A stretch of DNA of 42,116 bases from Candidatus Uhrbacteria bacterium. GTDB taxonomy: Bacteria; Patescibacteriota; Patescibacteriia; JACPHY01. The position numbers and the translations under genes are program-made. The stretch lies in NCBI GenBank assembly GCA_043813445.1, contig JBDRLD010000063.1, forward strand, positions 1 to 42,116. The letters are read 5' to 3'. The notes under the pieces are model-generated. The model was not told the origin of the DNA and searched no databases. It was given only the letters and a program-made list of their open reading frames with translations. Position 1 is the first letter of the stretch. Each line of letters opens with the position of its first letter. Below are positions 17,053-24,489 of the stretch, one piece after another.

Positions 17053-17760
17053 TCAAGAGCGTCGGATTTTGCGCCACGCATCGATTTTTTTGTGATCGCC
17101 TTCCAGTAGTATCTTCGGCACGCGCCAATGCACACCGCGCTTAGGTGAAAAATCGGCTGGTCTCGTGTAGGCGGGTACACCGAGTTGATATTTGATATTT
17201 GATAGTTGAGAATGAAGCTCTCCAAAGCTTTCGTCCTCCAGCGATTCCGGATCGCCAAGCACGCCCGGAATCAAGCGGGTCACCGCATCGACGATGGTCA
17301 GTGCGGGAAGCTCGCCGCCGGTGAGGACGTATGGGCCAACACACACCTCCTCATCCGCGAGATGCTTCGCAACGCGTTCATCTACGCCTTCGTACCGGCC
17401 ACAGATGAGCACGAGTCGATTGTACTTCTTCGCGTACCGTTCCGCGTCGCGCTGCGTGAAGGGCTTGCCTTTGGCACTCATCAGCAGCACGCGAGTGCGG
17501 CGACGCGGGACGCTGGATGCTGGACGCTGGACGCAACGTAGCGCGCGCAAGGCACGATAGATCGGTTCCACCATCATCACCATACCCGCTCCACCACCGA
17601 ACGGCTTGTCGTCCACATTTCGGTGTTTCCCGGGGGCCCACTTACGAAGATCGTGCACGTCAAATCGAGCGAGTCGCTTTGTCTGTGCGCGCTTTAGCAT
17701 CGCCGCATTAACATACGGCGTAACGACCTCTGGGAAAATGGTGATGATATCTATTTTCAT
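17053..17760 (-). CDS. trmD: tRNA (guanine37-N1)-methyltransferase TrmD
   Basis: Motifs IITIFPE, VDDKPFGGGAGMVM, ICGRYEGVDERV, YVLTGGELPA and YTRP. Confidence 0.9.
   Translation of the reverse strand: MKIDIITIFPEVVTPYVNAAMLKRAQTKRLARFDVHDLRKWAPGKHRNVDDKPFGGGAGMVMMVEPIYRALRALRCVQRPASSVPRRRTRVLLMSAKGKPFTQRDAERYAKKYNRLVLICGRYEGVDERVAKHLADEEVCVGPYVLTGGELPALTIVDAVTRLIPGVLGDPESLEDESFGELHSQLSNIKYQLGVPAYTRPADFSPKRGVHWRVPKILLEGDHKKIDAWRKIRRS
17183..17216. repeat. heptamer array (AGTTGAT family) inside trmD
   Basis: AGTTGAT ATTTGAT ATTTGAT AGTTGAG AATGAAG, translated HSQLSNIKYQL. Confidence 0.75.
17508..17534. repeat. heptamer array GGACGCT (4 units) inside trmD
   Basis: GGACGCT GGATGCT GGACGCT GGACGC. 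The same array occurs at 22450-22469 in smc. Confidence 0.8.
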
Positions 17761-17844
17761 AAATTGCCAGATGGTAAATTGGCAAATTGTTTACAGCCGT
17801 AATACTATCAGCAATGTAACAGTTTGACAATGAGACAATATACA

Positions 17845-17870
17845 AGAACCGCCAACTCATGGGCGGTTCT
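17845..17870 (-). terminator. hairpin terminator after the KH-domain gene
   Basis: AGAACCGCC...GGCGGTTCT 9-bp stem. Confidence 0.5.
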
Positions 17871-17886
17871 TGTCGTCCCCAAGGGA

Positions 17887-18222
17887 CTAAATGTCGAGAT
17901 TGAGGTCGACGTCGTCATCGCTGCCTGCATCATCCTTCGCAGGTGCGGACGCTGCCGCCTTCGGACCGCGGGTCGAACCTTCTGGCTCCTCGATCTTGAG
18001 GTTGACACGCGCGTTGTTCTTCGCGCCGACAACCTTGAGGAGCGTGCGCACTGCGCGAGCCGTCTGGCCTTGTCGGCCAATGAGGTACCCCATGTCCTCG
18101 GGGTCTACCTTTACCGTGATGAGTACGCCCATCTCGTCGACGGTGCGAACTGTGTTCACGGCATCTGGCTTGTTCACGAGCGCTCGGACCACGTAGTCCA
18201 CGAACTGCTGGTCGGTTTCCAT
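17887..18222 (-). CDS. KH domain RNA-binding protein (YlqC/UPF0109 type)
   Basis: IGRQGQTARAVRTLL contains the KH GxxG motif. Size and position after rpsP are typical. Confidence 0.85.
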   Translation of the reverse strand: METDQQFVDYVVRALVNKPDAVNTVRTVDEMGVLITVKVDPEDMGYLIGRQGQTARAVRTLLKVVGAKNNARVNLKIEEPEGSTRGPKAAASAPAKDDAGSDDDVDLNLDI

Positions 18223-18384
18223 GTTGGATCAATCATTACGTTCGGGCTTTCGTACGGAATAGCGTCTACTGTCGACCTACAGCGCTGGCCTATTCCGAGA
18301 TTTCACTGTAGCGCGAAACTGAAGATTTGTCAATATGTGTCAAGGGAACGAACGAAGCTGAGGCAGGTGCCCCAGCTTCGTGTG

Positions 18385-18879
18385 CTATTCCGTAGGAGTT
18401 GGTTCGACATCTGCAGCTGGTTCCGGTGTTGCTTCTGGCTCCGTTTGCGGTTCCGCCCCGGGTGCAGCTTCCGGCGCTGCTTCGGGTTCGACGGCGGGCG
18501 CGGGCGCTACTTCCGGTTCCGCTTTTGGCGCCGCTTCCTTTTCCTTCTTCTTTTCGATTATCGCCGCGGCTTCTGTCGCCTTCGCATCAAGCTTGATGCG
18601 ACGTTTCTTCGAGATGCTCATGGTGTTGCGCTTCTCACCGGTGACAATGCCGTCGTTGAGGAAGAGATTCCAGACGGTGTCCGATGGCTGCGCACCCTTG
18701 CTAATCCAGTACTGCGCACGCTCCTTCTTCACAACGAGCGTCGACGGATGCGTGAGCGGATTGTAGTGGCCAAGGTTCTCGAGGAAGTTGCTCCAAGGAT
18801 CCTGCGTCTTCTCCTGGACGACGATGCGATAGCTCGGCTGCTTTTTCTTCCCGACACGGGAAAGGCGTATCACCAACAT
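18385..18879 (-). CDS. rpsP: 30S ribosomal protein S16 with Ala/Glu/Pro-rich C-terminal extension
   Basis: The N-terminus MLVIRLSRVGKKKQPSYRIVV...GHYNP is canonical S16. Confidence 0.9.
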   Translation of the reverse strand: MLVIRLSRVGKKKQPSYRIVVQEKTQDPWSNFLENLGHYNPLTHPSTLVVKKERAQYWISKGAQPSDTVWNLFLNDGIVTGEKRNTMSISKKRRIKLDAKATEAAAIIEKKKEKEAAPKAEPEVAPAPAVEPEAAPEAAPGAEPQTEPEATPEPAADVEPTPTE

Positions 18880-18998
18880 AGGTCGTGTGGTGCCGTTCCT
18901 GCCACTTCGCGGGGCGAACGCATCTGTTCGATCGCGTGGTCAGGGGACAGCAGATAAATAATGGGCCAGCGCGTTTGGCGCCAAGTCCTTTAGAAACC

Positions 18999-19027
18999 AG
19001 CATAGATGAGCGCGAGCGCATTGTCAA
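18999..19027 (-). promoter_or_regulatory. promoter TTGACA-N17-TATGCT (rpsP operon)
   Basis: Minus-strand hexamers at 19022-19027 and 18999-19004. A leader of about 115 nt precedes rpsP. Confidence 0.6.
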
Positions 19028-19035
19028 GCACAACG

Positions 19036-19060
19036 AAAAGCCCCGCGTGTGGCGGGGCTT
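19036..19060 (-). terminator. intrinsic terminator
   Basis: AAGCCCCGC-GTGTG-GCGGGGCTT with a T-run on the minus strand. Near-identical to 20187-20212. Confidence 0.65.
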
Positions 19061-19082
19061 CCTTTAGGTCGACTACGGTGGA

Positions 19083-19913
19083 TTACCAGTCGACACGTAT
19101 TCCTTTGTCCAATCCATGGCTCGCACGCGCTTCGGCGATCGTTTGGGCTGCACGGCGGATGCATGACTTCGTCTTCGCGCCGATCTCGCCATCTGGCTCG
19201 ATGTTACACTCGAGTTGGAAGTCGATCAGGTCCAACGCAGTGCGTTTCTCGAGTAGCTCTGTAAGCACGGCTGTGATGGCGTCGGAGGTCGTAATGTCTT
19301 TCGGAATGCTCTTCGTGATGTCGCGATGTACATGATCTCCGTAGTGTGTGTTGTACCACCGTAGTCCTACATCGTGGAAGAGTGGTAGTTCGTTTAGTTG
19401 CACAACGATTTTTTGCAGGTTGGCTTTCTGGATGTAGTGCCACTTACCAAGTGCTGCAAGGCTCCCTTCTCCGATGACTTCACGGTAGAGCTCAAGGTAT
19501 TGCGCGTGAGCGAACTGTTTTTCTTCCGTCGCTTCGACCGTGCTTGTCAATTTCTCAGTGCTGAGCACTTTGAGATATTGTGTGTCCACATCGCGGAGCG
19601 CGAAGCTAAACTCGATGGTACCGTAGTCAGTTATCAACGCATCAGCGACGATGAACGTGAATGGTGCGTTGCGATAGAGGCCGGTACCCCACCCGCGTAT
19701 CGCGCCCGCGCACAACTCCGTTGTGGCACATGCGTTTCGTCGTATGATGAGCGCGTCCAGGACAAATTCCGGCAGGTCTGGCACGACAAGTGCAGAATCG
19801 ATCTGCCCGATCTCCTCATACGGATACTGCTCAAGCTGATCCTGGACCTGTGCCATACTCGGAGTGGCACCAAGTATGATGGCGATGTGCACCACGATTC
19901 CTGAAATTTTCAT
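19083..19913 (-). CDS. hypothetical exported protein, possible C-terminal peptidoglycan-binding-like motif
   Basis: ATG 19913 (MKISGIVVHIAIILGATPSMAQ signal peptide) has GAGGA upstream. The C-terminal EPDGEIGAKTKSCIRRAAQ...HGL is loosely PG_binding_1-like. Confidence 0.55.
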   Translation of the reverse strand: MKISGIVVHIAIILGATPSMAQVQDQLEQYPYEEIGQIDSALVVPDLPEFVLDALIIRRNACATTELCAGAIRGWGTGLYRNAPFTFIVADALITDYGTIEFSFALRDVDTQYLKVLSTEKLTSTVEATEEKQFAHAQYLELYREVIGEGSLAALGKWHYIQKANLQKIVVQLNELPLFHDVGLRWYNTHYGDHVHRDITKSIPKDITTSDAITAVLTELLEKRTALDLIDFQLECNIEPDGEIGAKTKSCIRRAAQTIAEARASHGLDKGIRVDW

Positions 19914-19983
19914 CTGGTAGTTCCTCGTCTGTTTTGACATTTCCCAATGAACGCAATTTGGAACTCGGACGTTCCAACAGGAC

Positions 19984-20012
19984 AACATACCACGACAAAG
20001 GCATTTTGTCAA
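19984..20012 (-). promoter_or_regulatory. promoter TTGACA-N17-TATGTT
   Basis: Minus-strand hexamers at 20007-20012 and 19984-19989. Confidence 0.6.
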
Positions 20013-20186
20013 GAGCACAAGATTTTTCATTCAAGCATGACTTCGAGTCGGCCATGGCACGTTTTTGGATCAGCCAGGATCTGTAGGGGCTACTTTATCT
20101 TGTTTCCCCCCTATTGTACCCAAGGGGAGTGGGATACAGATTGGGATGGGCGGTTATTTCGGGCTACGACCATTTTTTGTGCATGA

Positions 20187-20212
20187 GAAAAGCCCCGCGA
20201 GTGGCGGGGCTT
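20187..20212 (-). terminator. intrinsic terminator
   Basis: AAGCCCCGC-GAGTG-GCGGGGCTT with a T-run on the minus strand. Confidence 0.65.
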
Positions 20213-20245
20213 CGGTGGGTGCGTTCGGTATTCGAGGTGGTCTAC

Positions 20246-21241
20246 CTACTGCAGTGCCTCCTCGTCGTCCGGGGAGAACTCGTCCAGTTCCTCGGCATCG
20301 GCGGCATCATCGCCGCGCAGCTCTGTTGCGTCGAGGCAGTCGGCACCCTCGCAGAACGTGACCGAATCGTCGCGGGCGGCGCGTCGTTCGCTTTCGACCT
20401 GCTGCGCGAGCATGTACAGACACGCGTCGATCGTGAGTCTCGCGCATGCGGAGGAGAGCTCGAACTCCGTGCGCTCGCTGAGGTTGGCGTGCTGCCAGAG
20501 TCCGAGCATGACCTCGTATATCTCGCGCTGAGAGGACAGCGATTCTGGTACCTGTTCCACGAACGCTTCGAGGATGCTCTCGTGGTTCAGCGCAGCGGTG
20601 TTGATCGCGTCGATTCGCGGATCGAGCACACTGGACGGTTCCGGATCATCGGCCGGCTCCTCGTCCGCCACCTCTTCGGCATCAGCGTTCATGAAGGTGG
20701 CGGCGCGTTTGCGGAGGCACTGTTCGATGTGTCCGAGGATGGGAACGATCATCACCTGATCGCACTCCTCATACACCGACCGTAGCTGATCCTCGTTGAG
20801 CTGATCGACGAGTACCATGAGACCGCCGAAGGATTCATCAGCACTGCGGAGGTGGGAGAATCCATCTGCGCGCAGAAGGCGGTCGAGGATTCTGGGGTTG
20901 GCCCCAGTCTCATTCGGCGCTGCCGATGTCACCGGCTGCTCCACAGCATCGATGTCTTCGGCGTCGTTTGAGAGGAGACCTGCGTCTTCTTCGACCTCTT
21001 CCGGATCCGAGGTCATGTGGTGCCACTGCTTCGCGCCCCAGGCCTTCATGTGCTGTGCGTACGGCGTCGCGGTTGCCACGCAGCGATCCGTGTACGGCTT
21101 CACCGCTCCGAGCTGCGAGATTGTGTACGCGCCGAAGCACGCAAGACCGAAGATGAGCAGCTTCCCGGACCATCGGAGCTTCGTGCCCCGTTTCTTCTTC
21201 GGTTGCGGTGTCTTGGTCGGTGCCTTGCCAAATACTGCCAC
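20246..21241 (-). CDS. hypothetical membrane-anchored acidic protein
   Basis: GTG 21241 has AAGGAGG 5 nt upstream and lies downstream of the promoter at 21303-21331. The ORF-track ATG 21361 lies upstream of that promoter. N-terminal KKKRGTKLRW is followed by the TM helix LLIFGLACFGAYTI. Confidence 0.55.
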   Translation of the reverse strand: MAVFGKAPTKTPQPKKKRGTKLRWSGKLLIFGLACFGAYTISQLGAVKPYTDRCVATATPYAQHMKAWGAKQWHHMTSDPEEVEEDAGLLSNDAEDIDAVEQPVTSAAPNETGANPRILDRLLRADGFSHLRSADESFGGLMVLVDQLNEDQLRSVYEECDQVMIVPILGHIEQCLRKRAATFMNADAEEVADEEPADDPEPSSVLDPRIDAINTAALNHESILEAFVEQVPESLSSQREIYEVMLGLWQHANLSERTEFELSSACARLTIDACLYMLAQQVESERRAARDDSVTFCEGADCLDATELRGDDAADAEELDEFSPDDEEALQ

Positions 21242-21302
21242 GTCTTCCTCCTTGCCCACGTCCAGTGAGCGTCCATCATTGAAGGATCTATCGTGCGCCC
21301 GC

Positions 21303-21331
21303 AATGTACCATATGGCATTGACGATGTCAA
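21303..21331 (-). promoter_or_regulatory. promoter TTGACA-N17-TACATT
   Basis: Minus-strand hexamers at 21326-21331 and 21303-21308. Confidence 0.6.
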
Positions 21332-21394
21332 GGAGAGGAATAGACGCGAAGAGGCCCCCATGGTGGGGGCCTCTTAATGTCGACATACTCGTCC

Positions 21395-21892
21395 TTAGTC
21401 GTCCTCTTCGGGCGGCGGCGGGATGTCGTCGCAGTTCTCGCCGTTGGAGCGGCATCCGTCGTCGCGACGCTCGCCACGGTCCTCCTCGTCCCAGAGGCCG
21501 CCGGTGCCGGTGAAGGCGTTGGCGGCGCGGCACCGCATGCGATCCTGCGCGGTCTTCGCGGCTTTGAGGCAATCCTCGGCGGCGTTCCGCTGTTCGGCTT
21601 GCTTCGCGTCCTCGCGCGAGGCCCGCGCGTCGTCGATGTCGTCGCAGTTCTCGCCGTTGCTGCGGCAGCCATCGTCGCGACGCTCGCCACGGTCCTCCTC
21701 GTCCCAGAGACCACCGGTGCCGGTGAAGGCGTTGGCGGAGTGGCACACCATCTTTTCGTACTCATCCTGCGCCAGCGCGAGGCAGCGCTGGAGCGGGTTA
21801 CGAGGCAGCGCCTCGTCGTCGGCGTTGATGTGTTGCTGGGTCGCGGCGCAACCGCCCAGCATCAGAATCATCGCGCAATGGATCACTCTCAC
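21395..21892 (-). CDS. putative lipoprotein with internally duplicated Cys-rich acidic module
   Basis: The GTG start has AAGGGAG upstream. The signal MRVIHCAMILMLGGC ends in a lipobox-like LGGC. The 34-aa module ANAFTGTGGLWDEEDRGERRDDGCRSNGENCDDI is present twice. Confidence 0.6.
   Translation of the reverse strand: MRVIHCAMILMLGGCAATQQHINADDEALPRNPLQRCLALAQDEYEKMVCHSANAFTGTGGLWDEEDRGERRDDGCRSNGENCDDIDDARASREDAKQAEQRNAAEDCLKAAKTAQDRMRCRAANAFTGTGGLWDEEDRGERRDDGCRSNGENCDDIPPPPEEDD
21422..21736. repeat. intragenic 102-nt duplication (21422-21523 and 21635-21736)
   Basis: The two copies differ at 6 of 102 nt, and all differences are synonymous. Confidence 0.85.
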
Positions 21893-21964
21893 GGTGTTCT
21901 CCCTTTCTTTCTTGGGGCCTTGCAGCCCACTCCTCGTCAGACATCTCGCCAGACGGGACTATTC

Positions 21965-21993
21965 ACAATATCACAAAACACCCCATTTGTCAA
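21965..21993 (-). promoter_or_regulatory. promoter TTGACA-N17-TATTGT
   Basis: Minus-strand hexamers at 21988-21993 and 21965-21970. The -35 box sits in the loop of the smc terminator hairpin. Confidence 0.55.
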
Positions 21994-22003
21994 GGGGTGT
22001 TTT
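21975..22003. terminator. hairpin terminator after smc
   Basis: AAAACACCCC-ATTTGTCAA-GGGGTGTTTT. Confidence 0.55.
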
Positions 22004-22089
22004 GTTTGGTTATGTGGCTATTCTTTCCACTTCCTTCAGTTTTGTGCTGAGGAGCTTTAACCACGTCATTCGATGGGGTGCGTACGCCT

Positions 22090-24306
22090 TCACCGTGTAA
22101 CTTGAGCGGCCTCTTCCAATTTCATGGAAAGTAATTTGCTTGCGCCATCGCCTGCCATCGTCACACCGTAGATGGCTGCAGCGCGCTCCATGGAGTAGCG
22201 GTTGTGTGTGACCACGAGGAATTGTGTCTGTTTCGCGAGGTCCTTCAGAATTTCTGCGAAGCGCACCGAGTTTGATTCATCGAGTGCCGCGTCTACCTCA
22301 TCGAGTACGACAAATGGCGACGTGCTTGCAGAGATGATTGCGCAGAGAAGTGCGATGGCGGTAAGCGCACGCTCGCCACCGGAGAGCATGGAGATCGATT
22401 TGATGCGTTTGCCGGGCGGCGTCGCTTGGATGTCGATGCCGGCAACGCCGGACGCTGGACGCTGGACGCCGGGCGCCCGGTCTTCAGGAGGAATATCATG
22501 GATGGTCCCTCCTTCGTTAACATCATCCTCCTGCAGTTTTTCTTCTATTTTGAGGAGGGTGAGCTTTGCGGATCCGCCGCCAAAGAGTTGGCGGAAATAT
22601 CGCTCAAAGTGTTCATTGATTTTCGTGAATGATGTGTGGAATGCACGATCGATTTCCTCCTCGAGTTCGGCGATGATGCGGTTCAGAGAATGGAGAGACG
22701 AGCGGAGGTCAACCGTTTGTTGTTCGAGGAAGGAAACTCGTTCTTTTGTTTCCTCATACTCGCGCACCGTTTCCTCGTCGAGCGTTCCGATCGCTGCCAG
22801 GTCGCGCTGAAGACGCATAATGCGATGCGATGCACCTTCCGGGGCTGCGGTGTCGGGCCGCGAGAGCGACTCCGGTTCACGGGCATCTTCGAAGTCTCGA
22901 AGAATCTCCGCGCGCAGATCTTCGCGGCGTTGCTCCGAGCGAGCGAGCTCGATGCGGAGATCGTTCGCATGCTGTGCTGTGCGGTTCAGCGTGAGCTGCT
23001 CGTCGCGGTATCGGCGTTGCAGGTCGAAAAGCGCACCCTTCTTTTTTCGTTCGTCCGCGTGGTAATCGGCCATCCGTCGCTGTACATCTCGAAGCTTATC
23101 CTCGATTGCTTTCAGTGCGTTCTCGGTATCGTGGAGTTCTTTCGGTGGTGCGTCGTCTTGTTCCGGTGCGGTGCGTAGGCGTATCGCGGCTATGCGTTCG
23201 TGAAGACCGCGTAGACGAGTGAGGGTCGGCTGAAGGTCGTCGAGCGACGTGATGAGACGGAGCGTTTCGAGGAAGGCATCGAAATCCGTGAGCAGTGTAT
23301 CGAGATCGGCGGTAAGTGCAGATGCGGGTAGCTCCTCGTGCTTCTCCGTGCGTTGCCGGATGTCATGCTTCATGGCAAGTACATGCTCGCGCAGCGACTG
23401 GCGTCGATCGACAAGTGTCTCGTACTCGTGCTGGAGCTTCATGAAAATATCGTCCTTCCGTTCCTCGATTTCGATCGTGTTGAGTTGCGCTTGAATGCCA
23501 TCGACAGCTTGCTGGAGACGCTTGCGTTCCGCGTCGGCTTCAGCACATGCGCGCTGCCCCTTCGAAAGCTTATCGCCAAGAGTGTGCCAACGCGCACCAT
23601 GGTACTGCTCGAGGAGTGTGGTTAGCTCGCGCTCCAGTTCTTCTCGTTGCTCGAGCCGTCGAACTTGTCGTGTGAGCGAGCGAAGTCGCGGGGTCAGTTC
23701 CTGGAGAAGTGTCTCACCCTGACGGAGATTCTCCTCGGCGCGCGAGAGTTTTCTAATCGCACCATCGCGTTTCAGCTCGGCAGGACGAATACCTGCCGCC
23801 TCATCGAAGAACGACTTTCGTGCCATGGGAGAAGCGAGGAGAAACTCATCGACCATTCCCTGACCGATGATCGAGTATGTGCGTTGACCGATACGCGATT
23901 CTGCGAGGAGGAGCTGGATGTCTTCGCGTCGCACCCTGGTGCCGTTGAGGAGATATTCGGATTCCCCGGAGCGATAGACGCGTCGGCCAATGACCACCTC
24001 GGTGAAGTCAATGGGTGCAGAATGATCTTCGTTGTTGAGGGTGAGTGTGACTTCGGCGATGCCAAGGCGAGGTCGTTTCGGTGTGCCTGCGAAGATGACG
24101 TCTTCCGCTTTCTTCCCGCGGAGGAGTTTCATGGATTGCTCGCCGAGTACCCAACGAACGGAGTCAACGACACAGGATTTACCTGAGCCGTTCGGGCCGA
24201 CGATCGCGGTGATGCCGCGTGAGTCACTTGTCGGTGGAAGGAATTCGAGCGTTACCGCGTTTGCGAACGACTTGAATCCGTTGATTTCGATTTTTTGTAA
24301 CCACAT
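22090..24306 (-). CDS. smc: SMC-family chromosome segregation ATPase, unusually short (738 aa)
   Basis: N-terminal head (FKSF, GPNGSGKS Walker A, VIFAGT) and C-terminal head (LSGGERALTAIALL signature, VLDEVDAALD Walker B, VVTHN). Only about 365 aa of coiled coil lie between them. Confidence 0.85.
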   Translation of the reverse strand: MWLQKIEINGFKSFANAVTLEFLPPTSDSRGITAIVGPNGSGKSCVVDSVRWVLGEQSMKLLRGKKAEDVIFAGTPKRPRLGIAEVTLTLNNEDHSAPIDFTEVVIGRRVYRSGESEYLLNGTRVRREDIQLLLAESRIGQRTYSIIGQGMVDEFLLASPMARKSFFDEAAGIRPAELKRDGAIRKLSRAEENLRQGETLLQELTPRLRSLTRQVRRLEQREELERELTTLLEQYHGARWHTLGDKLSKGQRACAEADAERKRLQQAVDGIQAQLNTIEIEERKDDIFMKLQHEYETLVDRRQSLREHVLAMKHDIRQRTEKHEELPASALTADLDTLLTDFDAFLETLRLITSLDDLQPTLTRLRGLHERIAAIRLRTAPEQDDAPPKELHDTENALKAIEDKLRDVQRRMADYHADERKKKGALFDLQRRYRDEQLTLNRTAQHANDLRIELARSEQRREDLRAEILRDFEDAREPESLSRPDTAAPEGASHRIMRLQRDLAAIGTLDEETVREYEETKERVSFLEQQTVDLRSSLHSLNRIIAELEEEIDRAFHTSFTKINEHFERYFRQLFGGGSAKLTLLKIEEKLQEDDVNEGGTIHDIPPEDRAPGVQRPASGVAGIDIQATPPGKRIKSISMLSGGERALTAIALLCAIISASTSPFVVLDEVDAALDESNSVRFAEILKDLAKQTQFLVVTHNRYSMERAAAIYGVTMAGDGASKLLSMKLEEAAQVTR
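22450..22469. repeat. heptamer array GGACGCT (3 units) inside smc
   Basis: GGACGCT GGACGCT GGACGC, translated VQRPAS as in trmD. Confidence 0.8.
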
Positions 24307-24312
24307 AGTGGC

Positions 24313-24402
24313 GACTACGGTCTAGAGTCTACGGACTACAGCAAGTCAAATTCCGACTACAGAAATTTCCCGACTGTAGTCGGTGGTCCGTAGACCGTAG
24401 TC
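24313..24402. repeat. inverted arrays of GACTACG-type heptamers (long imperfect palindrome)
   Basis: Left arm GACTACG GTCTAGA GTCTACG GACTACAG. Right arm GACTGTA GTCGGTG GTCCGTA GACCGTA GTC. Inner 9-bp hairpin CGACTACAG/CTGTAGTCG. Confidence 0.75.
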
Positions 24403-24452
24403 TGTCTCCAGTGTACCAAGGTGTGCGTAATTATGGCATGGGGACGACGCTC

Positions 24453-24481
24453 TTGACGGGTTCTTCCGATGGCGGTATGCT
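24453..24481 (+). promoter_or_regulatory. promoter TTGACG-N17-TATGCT
   Basis: Hexamers at 24453-24458 and 24476-24481. The predicted TSS is about 2 nt before the ATG at 24490. Confidence 0.5.
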
Positions 24482-24489
24482 GCTCGGCT

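Noticed and set aside
17824-18957. 377-aa plus-strand ORF
   Set aside because: It is antisense to the clearly conserved KH-domain and rpsP genes. Its translation is Arg/Cys/Phe-rich low-complexity sequence, typical of an antisense frame in GC-rich DNA.
21377-22100. Two plus-strand ORFs of about 225 aa
   Set aside because: They are antisense to the lipoprotein gene, cross its promoter and terminator, and are repetitive Ser/Arg/Ala-rich sequence.
24313-24402. Heptamer arrays (here and at 8341, 17183, 17508, 22450, 29031, 32982, 33696) as possible CRISPR arrays
   Set aside because: The units are 7 nt and directly abutting, with no spacers. Several lie inside intact essential genes, and no cas genes are present.
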